This document shows, in pieces, positions 1-8,964 of a stretch of DNA of 50,961 bases. The stretch lies in contig JAVJWO010000181.1 of NCBI GenBank assembly GCA_040222015.1, forward strand, positions 1 through 50,961, in the 5' to 3' direction. A program made the translations under genes and the position numbers. The notes beneath the pieces were generated by a model that saw only the letters and a list, made by a program, of their open reading frames with translations, made no database searches and was not told the origin of the DNA. This DNA is from Coleofasciculus chthonoplastes F2-STO-03. GTDB taxonomy: Bacteria > Cyanobacteriota > Cyanobacteriia > Cyanobacteriales > Coleofasciculaceae. Numbering within the stretch: position 1 is the first letter of the stretch; every line of letters starts with the position of its first letter.

Positions 1-21
1 CCCTCGTTCCCCCCTACAAGA

Positions 22-165
22 GGGGGGAGGACAGAGGATGCTTCGCTTTTGTTGCATGGGGGAGGACAGAGGATGCGAGAGCTTTTGTTGCATGGGGGAG
101 GACAGAGGATGCGAGAGCTTTTGTTGCATGGGGGAGGACAGAGGATGCGAGAGCTTTCGTTGCAC
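22..165. repeat. 36-bp tandem repeat (about 4 copies, GGGGGAGGACAGAGGATGCGAGAGCTTTTGTTGCAT)
   Basis: Direct repeats are visible and give the 12-aa periodicity MRELLLHGGGQR in spurious ORF 49..243. Confidence 0.9.
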
Positions 166-332
166 GGGAGAGGGGTTGAGCTTAAGTTGACACCAATGTT
201 CTGTGCCGTGCCCCTACAGGTAGCGCCTGTGCTTTTTGGCTGACTGAGTTACCCAAATGAGCGAACGGTGAGATTTTCAGCCTAACTGCCATAATTGTTT
301 TATCGGACAAGAAAACTTAAAGGAGGCTGGCG

Positions 333-923
333 ATGAAGAAAAGTAAACTGGAGTCAGTTCTATTTATTGGCATGGTACTGGGGTTGATAGCCCATCCCGC
401 TCAGGCGTTACCCGGTCAAACGGTGGAAACAGTCGCGGCTTGGATTGCGGCTCATCCTACCCTAGAACCCGGTATTGGCGATGGGTTAGTCGTGACTAAA
501 CAGAATACTGCTGCTCAACGATTTAAGTTTGAAGCCTCGGTGCTTCCTCCAGGTCAAATCGCCTTTCCCACGAATCGCCGCCTGATTCAAAGTGAGCAAA
601 TTTCCTTCTATGACATGATTAACGGCGTGACTCCAGAGCGACTCACGGAGTCACTGCGAGTTATTTATGGTCCAGCAATCTATCAAGATTACCAGAGAGC
701 TAACCTGGTATACGCCTATCCTACACCAGCAACTATCGATTTAGCTCGGCGACAAAATCGACCAATGCTAATAGCACGACAAGGCGAGCTTTTATTAGGC
801 GATCGCTTTGCCTATTGGTTAGAAGTAACTCGAACTGAGAATGGTAAGCCAATTAATGGGCGGATCACGGTTTTCTTGCCCGAAGATTTGGACAAACTTG
901 AAGTTGAATTGCGAAATCGTTAG
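333..923 (+). CDS. Conserved cyanobacterial hypothetical exported protein
   Basis: 196-aa ORF with an AGGAGG RBS and a signal peptide ending PAQA-LPGQ. Confidence 0.85.
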   Translation: MKKSKLESVLFIGMVLGLIAHPAQALPGQTVETVAAWIAAHPTLEPGIGDGLVVTKQNTAAQRFKFEASVLPPGQIAFPTNRRLIQSEQISFYDMINGVTPERLTESLRVIYGPAIYQDYQRANLVYAYPTPATIDLARRQNRPMLIARQGELLLGDRFAYWLEVTRTENGKPINGRITVFLPEDLDKLEVELRNR

Positions 924-976
924 TCATTGGTCATTAGTCATTGGTCATTAGTCATTGGTCATTGGTCATTGGTCAT
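921..976. repeat. STRR heptamer tandem repeat (TCATTGG/TCATTAG)
   Basis: About 8 heptamer copies directly after the stop codon. Confidence 0.9.
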
Positions 977-1028
977 GTCTGTAGTTATTTGGAAGAGAGT
1001 ATTAGCTTTTTACCCTCCTACCTGCCTG

Positions 1029-1379
1029 TCATTTGTCATTCATTTGCCAAATACCTGAAAAAATACTCTCAACAGCACTAGCAATGCGCTTGAGATCTTC
1101 ATCGAGCAGGGGGGGCCAATTCACACTATCCCGACGCCCTGCTTCAAACTGTTCTCGGCTCTCATAAGCTAATAAGTATAGGGAGTGAACGAGTTCTCGA
1201 TCTAGAGTTGATGCATCTCGCAGACCCTCAAATATCATTTTCAGCGCTAATAAAATATTGGTTATCTGACCTGGAACCGGGGGTTTTTGTGACTTGATAC
1301 GAACCATAAATGCGCCTTTGTTTTGGTCAGATGCTGTTGCTTGAGTCATCACAAAGTTCCGGGCTGTTTTGTAATCCAT
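1029..1379 (-). CDS. Conserved cyanobacterial hypothetical protein (family often auto-annotated as dethiobiotin synthetase, no BioD P-loop)
   Basis: 116 aa with PPVPGQIT..LLAL, LDREL..SLY.LA.ES and WPPLL.EDL.RIA.AV.SIF motifs. Confidence 0.8.
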   Translation of the reverse strand: MDYKTARNFVMTQATASDQNKGAFMVRIKSQKPPVPGQITNILLALKMIFEGLRDASTLDRELVHSLYLLAYESREQFEAGRRDSVNWPPLLDEDLKRIASAVESIFSGIWQMNDK

Positions 1380-2220
1380 TGAATGTTAATAGACGAGTTT
1401 ACGCTGATAATTTTGTGCGAATACTACTATCGCTAAATCCGGATTAACTATTCCATTGTTGGTGGGGACAAGGCAGAAGCCAAAAGAGAGAGGGCAGACG
1501 CCTGACAAGAATATGATTTTGTATTTGGTGCATAGATAATTAGCCGCTTTCTTGTGGAGTTTGTGTTGGGGAAAATGTCCCATTTTTCATACTACCACAC
1601 CAAGGGAAGGTATTTCCATATCTAGGAATTACCAGAAAATCAGGCTCTAATCGTCAACTTCCTAATCTCAACCATTAATTTTAACAACTATAACTACAAC
1701 AAATATTTATCAAAAATAAATTTTATCCTCTATCTATAGTTGCTTCTGCTCGACCCTCTTAGTCGTCAAATTTATAGAATTTATTATTTCTTCCAATTTT
1801 ATGCGGATTTGGCATTGAACTGTCTGAAGCAAGTATTACACGACTTACGAATTTGAGATCTTTTTTGTAGAGATTAATTTTTAACTCTCCTTAAAGAAGC
1901 CAAAACGTCAGTCTTGATGTATAAGCGCTGCCAATGACATCTACAATGCACATTTATAGTTGGGTTTTGTTCGCGAGTCTATCCCTATCTGAACCAGGAA
2001 GACTTGATTCCTCTTTTCTGGTAAATCAGCAAAGGTTGGTGCTAGCTTCAACAGAACAAAGTCCGCCCCCTGGTTGTAATCGAACTGATCCTCCTGACTG
2101 TCAACCTCGATAGTAGACCGCTTTGAAACTAAAGCTGGTTGAAAATATCTCGTGCCAACCCGCTTTTTATAGTCGGGTTATTTATGTTTAAGGACAAATA
2201 ACTAAGGACTCATGAAAACT

Positions 2221-3657
2221 TTACCCAACAGATTTCCACCTGCCATGAAAACTTAATGGAATGACCTGCGGTAATTGCAGCCGACAGGCAGGTTCTTGAT
2301 CAAGAGCATTGCTGTCATAGATCCACACTTCACTTTGGTTAGAATTCCCATCATAAACAACGGTTAATACCCACCCCTGTTCTGGATTAAGCGCGTCGGG
2401 TGCATGGATGGGTTCTGAGGGATAGCGATTCTTGCCCAAATCGGCTTCGATTAGGGTTTGGGTTTGACAATCAAACCGCGCGATCGCACTATAAATTTCG
2501 CTACGGTGATCCATATCTTGGCGATGCAGTGCTAGATAAATAGAACGGGAGGCTTGACCCACTTGCGCGTCTGGAACCACTGGAAACTCGACGTATCGAT
2601 CTAATAATTCCCGTTCGGCGATAATCGTCCCAGTTTTGGGATTGATCTCAACCTGCCATAATGTCTCGTTGGTAACGGTATGAATCTCACCCATGGCGAT
2701 GTCTTGGAGACGTTGATTTGTGCCAAAATCCGGATACCGAATAAATTCGACCACGATAGAACCCTGCTGATTCACATAGCCATTGGCAAAATGCCACTGA
2801 AACCAAGGATCGGCTTCGCTACGGGCGACTAATGAAAGCGTTTCTCGGTCAACGATTAAAATTTGGGTTCCTAATTGGGGACGCCATTCCATCGCCTCCC
2901 CAAAGCTACTCACTCCTAATGCGGCGGGTAGGAGATTTACCCGTATAGGTGGCACGAAAAAGACAAGATAAGAGCCTGCGAGGACAAAATCATGAATTAG
3001 GGGTATGCCTTTGAGTGGTATCGTTCCTTTTTGGATAATTTTACCTGTTGAGTCGCTTTTGTAGAGATTTAGGTTGGAGTTAAGTCCGAGGCTGATGCCA
3101 AAGTTAAATATCTCACCCGTTTCTGGATCAGACTTGGGATGGGCTGAAAACGAGTCTCCCTCGGCTAAATAGTCTAAGCGATCGCGTCCCCAGGTTTCTA
3201 AGGTTTTCAGGTCGAGTGCGTAAGGATTCCCGCCTTCCCACAGGGCTAACAATTTATCGGGTAGGGGTAATACAGAGGTATTTGCCCTGTTTTTCACGGG
3301 TTTACCCCACCGTTCCCAGATTCGCCCAGCGGCTTTGGTGCCATAGTTAGGATAAAGTAATTTCCCGGCTGCGGCTTCTTCTTGATAGGCGGGGGTTTGC
3401 ACGTAGCGATAGACCCCAGTCGCTGTAGCATCGGTGAAATGAACCGCTAAAATAGCGCCATCCCCATCAAACCAATGTCCCATCCGTTGACCTCCTCGTT
3501 CTAGACGGGCAGGTCCATTGCGATACAGAGAGCCTCGTAATCCTTGAGGAATTCTGCCAGAGAGAATTGGTAAGGGGGTTAGGGGAAATTCAGTGGCGGG
3601 TTGAGCGATCGCGTTTGCCCAAGCTTTACGGGTTGATGGTGGGGTAGCTGTTTGCAT
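2221..3657 (-). CDS. Carotenoid cleavage oxygenase (RPE65/CCD family)
   Basis: LYRNGP, HWFDGDG, four Fe-ligand His (SAHPK, IHDF, WHFAN, SFHG) and SEP motif. Confidence 0.93.
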   Translation of the reverse strand: MQTATPPSTRKAWANAIAQPATEFPLTPLPILSGRIPQGLRGSLYRNGPARLERGGQRMGHWFDGDGAILAVHFTDATATGVYRYVQTPAYQEEAAAGKLLYPNYGTKAAGRIWERWGKPVKNRANTSVLPLPDKLLALWEGGNPYALDLKTLETWGRDRLDYLAEGDSFSAHPKSDPETGEIFNFGISLGLNSNLNLYKSDSTGKIIQKGTIPLKGIPLIHDFVLAGSYLVFFVPPIRVNLLPAALGVSSFGEAMEWRPQLGTQILIVDRETLSLVARSEADPWFQWHFANGYVNQQGSIVVEFIRYPDFGTNQRLQDIAMGEIHTVTNETLWQVEINPKTGTIIAERELLDRYVEFPVVPDAQVGQASRSIYLALHRQDMDHRSEIYSAIARFDCQTQTLIEADLGKNRYPSEPIHAPDALNPEQGWVLTVVYDGNSNQSEVWIYDSNALDQEPACRLQLPQVIPLSFHGRWKSVG

Positions 3658-4339
3658 GGTTCCCGATTCTGGATGACTATTTCTTCTATATTAGTTAATT
3701 TTTGTAACAAAATGAGTGCTATTTTTTTATCCTTTTTTCCCTGAAAGCCTTTTATAGATTAGGTTTCAGCACTATTCCCTGGCTTTCGCTGACAAAATAG
3801 GGGGTTACACCCCTCATCCCTAAAGTGCTATAGTTTGATATGTAGATGCACCCTGATAATCAAGAGAGTCGCGCAAGTGACTCTTTTTTTTTCGACATTC
3901 CCCCCATTACATTACAGATTTTAACGGAAAGTAAATTAGTTTATCATTTTGACACCATTGTCCGGAACAGTGATACATTAAAAATTGAAGCAAGCAAGAA
4001 AGCTTCCAGTGACAGATATTACACTTCCTTTCACTGTTGAGTTCAGGAGGTAAAATAACTATCCATCTTAATTTCCCTTGTATCAGTAATATCTGCCACA
4101 TCAGATAGTGAAACGATCCAAATTAACAATAGCAGCCAACCCATAGCCCCTAATATTTCCTCAATTAACGTGTCGGGAGCAATGCAACTGAAGACCACTC
4201 AAGAGTAGTAGTTCAGTGCAACTCTGTTTAGACTAGCGATAGCAAGAGGAGATTCCTTAGATGAGTCAGGTCAGGCTGCTATTGTTTTAGCAGGTTTGGC
4301 GATTCACCTCAAGTCATAAACTTCCCCTGCTCCCCTAGA

Positions 4340-4399
4340 AGGGCGGGTTTAGTCACATCCAGGTGCAAAAGAAGCGATAATAGTGAAACCCGCCCCTAC
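4340..4399. repeat. GGGCGGGTTT...AAACCCGCCCCTAC REP-like palindromic element. Further copies near 8307, 10910, 10991, 12805, 16840, 17494, 29632, 36585, 38912 and 39992.
   Basis: Inverted arms flank a ~35-nt variable core, and the element recurs throughout the window. Confidence 0.85.
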
Positions 4400-4577
4400 A
4401 ACCCTGCTCCCCTGTAGATACAAAGCGGCTCTTGTATTTCCATTCCCGCTGTACTAGCTCCCCCTCTCCTCATCTCTCTCATCGTAAACGCCTCGTGATC
4501 GCTACTATAAGATTTAGGTGTCAATCAGCCGTCGGTTGACCAATAAAAAGGACTAGATAACTAAACCCTTAAATCTG

Positions 4578-4648
4578 GGGTGGGCTTCAGGGACATGGTT
4601 TCCGACGCCGCACCCGAAAACGTAACTCGTCATCAGACGAGGCTTTTT
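4578..4648 (+). promoter_or_regulatory. Candidate structured 5' leader (hairpin plus terminator-like stem) before the NADAR gene
   Basis: GGGTG...CACCC stem with G-U pairs, then CTCGTC-ATCA-GACGAG-GC-TTTTT ending about 30 nt before the ATG. Confidence 0.35.
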
Positions 4649-4677
4649 GCCCAGCGAAATAGTTTGACAGTTTTGCC

Positions 4678-5157
4678 ATGACAATTTATTTTTATAAGGT
4701 TGAGGAACCCTATGGCTGCTTTTCCAACTTCTCTCCCCACCCGATCCAGATCGATGGCTGGCGTTGGCAAACCGTTGAGCATTACTATCAGGCGCACAAG
4801 TTCGTCGGGACGACAGACGAAGCCTTGATCAGGACAATCAAAAATGTATCAACACCAATGGAAGCCGCCCTCCTCGGACGCGATCGCACCCGTCACCATC
4901 GTCCTGATTGGGAACAGGTAAAACAACAGATTATGTGGCGAGGGGTTTTGACCAAATTTCTTACCCATCCTGATATTCAGCAAATCCTGCTGAACACCGG
5001 AGAAGAAGTGATTGTTGAAGATTCTCCCACAGATTACTACTGGGGGTGTGGTGAGGATCAAACTGGTGAGAATCATTTAGGAAAAATGCTGATGAATGTT
5101 CGTCAACATATCCGACAGCATTTAGCACAGGCGAACTGCAAACTCCTGGATCGGTAA
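4678..5157 (+). CDS. NADAR family protein (YbiA/RibX-like N-glycosidase)
   Basis: FSNF, TVEHYYQA.KF, RPDWEQVK, E.SP.DYYWG and G.NHLGK.LM motifs. Confidence 0.93.
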   Translation: MTIYFYKVEEPYGCFSNFSPHPIQIDGWRWQTVEHYYQAHKFVGTTDEALIRTIKNVSTPMEAALLGRDRTRHHRPDWEQVKQQIMWRGVLTKFLTHPDIQQILLNTGEEVIVEDSPTDYYWGCGEDQTGENHLGKMLMNVRQHIRQHLAQANCKLLDR

Positions 5158-5348
5158 ATCTGAGGACGACAGGCGCATACTCTTGGGCTTTCAGGTGATT
5201 CAGAGGAAACGGTAGAATCAGATTTACACTGTAAGTTAAGGATATTCATACAGATTTGCGAAGTCGGTGCATCGAGCTAAACCTCTGATTCATCACCTGG
5301 ATTACCCTCTAAACCAGAATCAGAGAGTGTTTCATAGGAGTAGTAAGC

Positions 5349-8204
5349 GTGTTACAACCAGAACTCGATCAAGAAGACTTGTTGCGCCGGATCACGAATC
5401 GGATTCGCCAATCCTTAGAATTACAAGAGATTTTAAATGCCACAGTTGCAGAAGTGCGATCGTTGTTAGCAACCGATCGCGTCATGGTTTACCGCTTTAA
5501 TGCGTCGGGTGGTGGACAGGTGATTGCTGAATCAGTCAACACCCATCGGCTTCCTGCTCTCAACGGATTAAACTTCCCTGCTGATGATATTCCAGAACAA
5601 GCCCGTAAATTGTACCTCACCGAGCGCTTGCGTTCCATTGTGGATGTTTCTGGGGGACTGATTGGTTTATCCCCCTTAGACCCCTCAGAAACCGATGATC
5701 GCTCCACCCCGCAACCGATTCACTATCGTCCCGTAGATGCTTGTCATGTCAAGTATTTACGAGCAATGGGTGTCCAGTCTTCCATGGTCTTACCCATTGT
5801 CCACTATGATATCCAGGCTCAACGATCCCAGAAACGACTCTGGGGACTGTTAGTCTCTCATCACGTCACACCCCGTACCATTAGCCAACGGGAATTGCAG
5901 ATTGTGCAATCGGTAGTGGATCAAGTGTCCATTGCCATTGCTCAGTCGAATCTCTTATCCCAAACCCGTCAGCAGCATCAGATCGAAGCAACGATTAATC
6001 GTGTCTCAACGTTGCTGCATTCGTTACCCACGATTCAACTCCAAGCTGCTTTACAAGAAACGGTTAGCGCTCTATCGAGTTGGGGAGGTAGACTCTATAT
6101 CGCCCCAGATCGGTTGAATCTGAGGGCAGAGTGCCTTATATGTGGCACACAACCTACATTTGCAGATGGAAACAGTCAGATGATGCTGGAAGAGCATCCT
6201 GTGTTTGTCCAATGGGTAACAGGGGATAGAACGGTTGATACCGCTAATGGCTCATCCGCATCCACTTCGACTCCCGTCGGTTGTCAGCCGCTCATCGTCA
6301 ACGATTTGGATCAAGTCTCCGAGTTGGCGAGTCTGGCTCCAGCCTTTGATGGGACTCCAATTCGAGGTTGGTTAGTAATACCCTTGTATTATCGCTCCTC
6401 ATTCTTGGGTTATCTAAGTATTTTTCGCTCCCAAGTGGTGCAAGAAATTTTGTGGGCGGGAGAGTTTAACCCCAATGAAGAACAACGCAGTCCCCGTCAA
6501 TCGTTTGAACAGTGGCGAGAGGTGAAACGGAATCAAGCTCAACCGTGGACGAATTACGACATTGAACTGGCGATCGCACTCGGTCATCATTTTGCCATGG
6601 CGATCGAGCAATATAAACTTTATGCTCAAGTACAAGCCCTGAATAGTAACTTAGAATGCCAAGTGGCTGAACGCACAGCGAAGTTACAGCAATCTCTAGA
6701 GCAAGGGCGGGCGCTACAGCGAGTGACCAACCAAATTCGCAGTACTCTTGATCTGAAAACCACCCTACAAACGATTGTACGAGAAGTTCGTCAACTGCTG
6801 AACACTGACCGAGTGATCATTTATCGGTTTACCGATGATTTCCACGGTCAAGTTATTGTGGAATCGATGACAGGTGAGTGGTTATCGCTTTTAGATATTG
6901 ACGATCCGCAGCAGTATTTCTCGAAAGCCCAGATTCAAGTGTATAAGCGAGGTAATTTAGGAGTGATTAAGGATGTCACTCAAGCCCGATTAACTCCCGA
7001 TCAACAAGAGTTCTTAAAACGTTGCCAAGTGCAAGCCGCTTTAATTGTTCCCATTGGGCTGGAAAATCCTCAAGCCAATGAGATACCCATTATGCTGGAT
7101 AGTCTTCCTTGTCCCAGATGGGAGCAACCTCTGTGGGGATTTTTAATTGCTCAAGAATGTAAAGCTAGGCGAGATTGGCTTCCCTCAGAGATTAAACTGC
7201 TAAAAAAGTTAGCCGATCAAGCGGCGGTGGCGATTCAGCAAGCGGAATTATTTACCCATACTCAAGCCCAAGCCCAACAATTGGCAAGTGCTTTTCACCA
7301 TCTCAAGCAAACTCAAGCCCAACTGATTCAAACCGAAAAAATGTCGAGTCTGGGACAGTTGATTGCGGGAGTAGCTCACGAAATTAATAATCCGGTGAAT
7401 TTTATTTATGGCAACCTGGTTTATACCAGTCAGTATACTCAGGATTTACTAAGTATTATTCATTGCTACCAGAACTATTATCCTCAACCAGAGCCAGAGA
7501 TTATTGAATTGTTAGATCTGATTGACTTAGACTTTTTAGAAGCAGATTTACCCAAGCTTTTAGAGTCGATGAAAATGGGATCGGAACGGATTCGCAAGCT
7601 AGTTTTGTCGTTGCGAAACTTCTCCCGCCTTGACCAAGCCGAGAAAAAGTTAGTGGATATTCATGAAGGGATAGAGAGTACATTACTGATTTTACAATAT
7701 CGCCTGAAAGCGAAACCCAATCATCCAGGGATTCAGGTGATCAAAAATTATGGGGAGTTACCGTTGGTTGAATGCTATCCCAGTCAACTGAACCAGGTTT
7801 TTATGAATGTTTTGAGCAACGCGATCGATGCGTTAGAAGACTTTGATCTAGATAACCAGAGGATTACGATTTCTACAAGTGTCAAATCTAAGACTGTGGA
7901 GAACCTAGATTATCCGAACGATACTACACAAATAGAGAAAAATCAAGGCTCATCTCCAACTCATATCATCATTCAGATTGCTGATAGTGGTTCAGGAATT
8001 AGCCCAGAAATTACATCCCAAATTTTCGATCCCTTTTTTACAACCAAGCCGATTGGTAAAGGAACGGGTTTAGGTCTTTCGATTAGTTATCAAATTATCG
8101 TGGAAAAACATGGAGGGATGTTTAAATGCAGTTCTCAGCCAGGAGAAGGAACGGCATTTGGGATTGAGATTCCCATTCGTCAGTCTCAAAGTGAGGATAA
8201 ATAG
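5349..8204 (+). CDS. Knotless phytochrome-type sensor histidine kinase (GAF-PHY-GAF-HisKA-HATPase)
   Basis: FPADDIP and DACH motifs in GAF1, WAG/PRQSF/WRE tongue motifs, H-box AHEINNP, and G boxes DPFFTTK/GTGLGL. AGGAG precedes the GTG start. Confidence 0.9.
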   Translation: MLQPELDQEDLLRRITNRIRQSLELQEILNATVAEVRSLLATDRVMVYRFNASGGGQVIAESVNTHRLPALNGLNFPADDIPEQARKLYLTERLRSIVDVSGGLIGLSPLDPSETDDRSTPQPIHYRPVDACHVKYLRAMGVQSSMVLPIVHYDIQAQRSQKRLWGLLVSHHVTPRTISQRELQIVQSVVDQVSIAIAQSNLLSQTRQQHQIEATINRVSTLLHSLPTIQLQAALQETVSALSSWGGRLYIAPDRLNLRAECLICGTQPTFADGNSQMMLEEHPVFVQWVTGDRTVDTANGSSASTSTPVGCQPLIVNDLDQVSELASLAPAFDGTPIRGWLVIPLYYRSSFLGYLSIFRSQVVQEILWAGEFNPNEEQRSPRQSFEQWREVKRNQAQPWTNYDIELAIALGHHFAMAIEQYKLYAQVQALNSNLECQVAERTAKLQQSLEQGRALQRVTNQIRSTLDLKTTLQTIVREVRQLLNTDRVIIYRFTDDFHGQVIVESMTGEWLSLLDIDDPQQYFSKAQIQVYKRGNLGVIKDVTQARLTPDQQEFLKRCQVQAALIVPIGLENPQANEIPIMLDSLPCPRWEQPLWGFLIAQECKARRDWLPSEIKLLKKLADQAAVAIQQAELFTHTQAQAQQLASAFHHLKQTQAQLIQTEKMSSLGQLIAGVAHEINNPVNFIYGNLVYTSQYTQDLLSIIHCYQNYYPQPEPEIIELLDLIDLDFLEADLPKLLESMKMGSERIRKLVLSLRNFSRLDQAEKKLVDIHEGIESTLLILQYRLKAKPNHPGIQVIKNYGELPLVECYPSQLNQVFMNVLSNAIDALEDFDLDNQRITISTSVKSKTVENLDYPNDTTQIEKNQGSSPTHIIIQIADSGSGISPEITSQIFDPFFTTKPIGKGTGLGLSISYQIIVEKHGGMFKCSSQPGEGTAFGIEIPIRQSQSEDK

Positions 8205-8371
8205 GGGCTGCTGAATAAGGCTTGTGGTGGGTTTGTAGAGACGTAAGGCGTGGAACGTCTGGGAGATAGGGGAGATGGGGGAGATAGGGGAGATGGGGGT
8301 GATTCTGTAGGGGCGGGTTTCACTACTATCTTTTCGGTTAAACCCAGATGTAACTCGCGCCCGCCCCGACT

Positions 8372-8436
8372 AAATGACCAATGACTAATGACTAATGACT
8401 AATGACTAATGACCAATGACCAATGACCAATGACAA
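8372..8436. repeat. STRR heptamer tandem repeat (AATGACT/AATGACC)
   Basis: About 9 heptamer copies. Confidence 0.9.
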
Positions 8437-8460
8437 TCCCCACCGTTAACTTTAGTTGTC

Positions 8461-8964
8461 CTACTTTATCCTAATTTCTCCTACCATACCTGCTTCTGTA
8501 TGTCCAGAGATTGAACAATGAAGTTCGTAGGTTCCGGGTTTCATTGGCACAAATACCCACTCAGCCTCGCCACCGGGTTTCAGTTCTAATTCGTGGATTG
8601 CTCCTTTAACTTCGACTTTAGCGGCTTCAACTTTTTGCGTCCAACTTGCATCGGCGAAGTCTTTGGCGGTGAAGTAGTGTTTTTGGGGACTAGGATTATC
8701 CAGCAATAGTTTATAGCGTGTGCCGGCGACAAATTCAAGTTGGTTAGGGAAGAACTTCAATTCATTGGCTGAATTGCCTAAACTCACGTTAACCTCTATG
8801 GCTGGAGTCGCCGCGATTGCAGGGAGACATACTAGGTTAATTCCTAGAATTAGTCCAATGATTGCGGTTAAGCATCGGCGCAGCCATTGATGGTGGTAGG
8901 GGTGATTGTTTGGGGCTAAAGCCCCGACTACGAACCGATTTAAGGATGTTTTTCTTAGCTTCAT
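8461..8964 (-). CDS. Cupredoxin (plastocyanin/azurin-like) copper-binding protein
   Basis: C-terminal C-SISG-H-TEAG-M type-1 Cu ligands, upstream His (KHYF) and a hydrophobic leader. The start overlaps the stop of the M16 gene (ATGA). Confidence 0.88.
   Translation of the reverse strand: MKLRKTSLNRFVVGALAPNNHPYHHQWLRRCLTAIIGLILGINLVCLPAIAATPAIEVNVSLGNSANELKFFPNQLEFVAGTRYKLLLDNPSPQKHYFTAKDFADASWTQKVEAAKVEVKGAIHELELKPGGEAEWVFVPMKPGTYELHCSISGHTEAGMVGEIRIK

Noticed and set aside
49..243. 64-aa ORF
   Set aside because: It is a translation of the 36-bp tandem repeat and a palindrome.
1386..2220. Hidden gene or ncRNA in the AT-rich 840-bp gap
   Set aside because: There is no convincing ORF, RBS or structure, and it is most simply promoter DNA.
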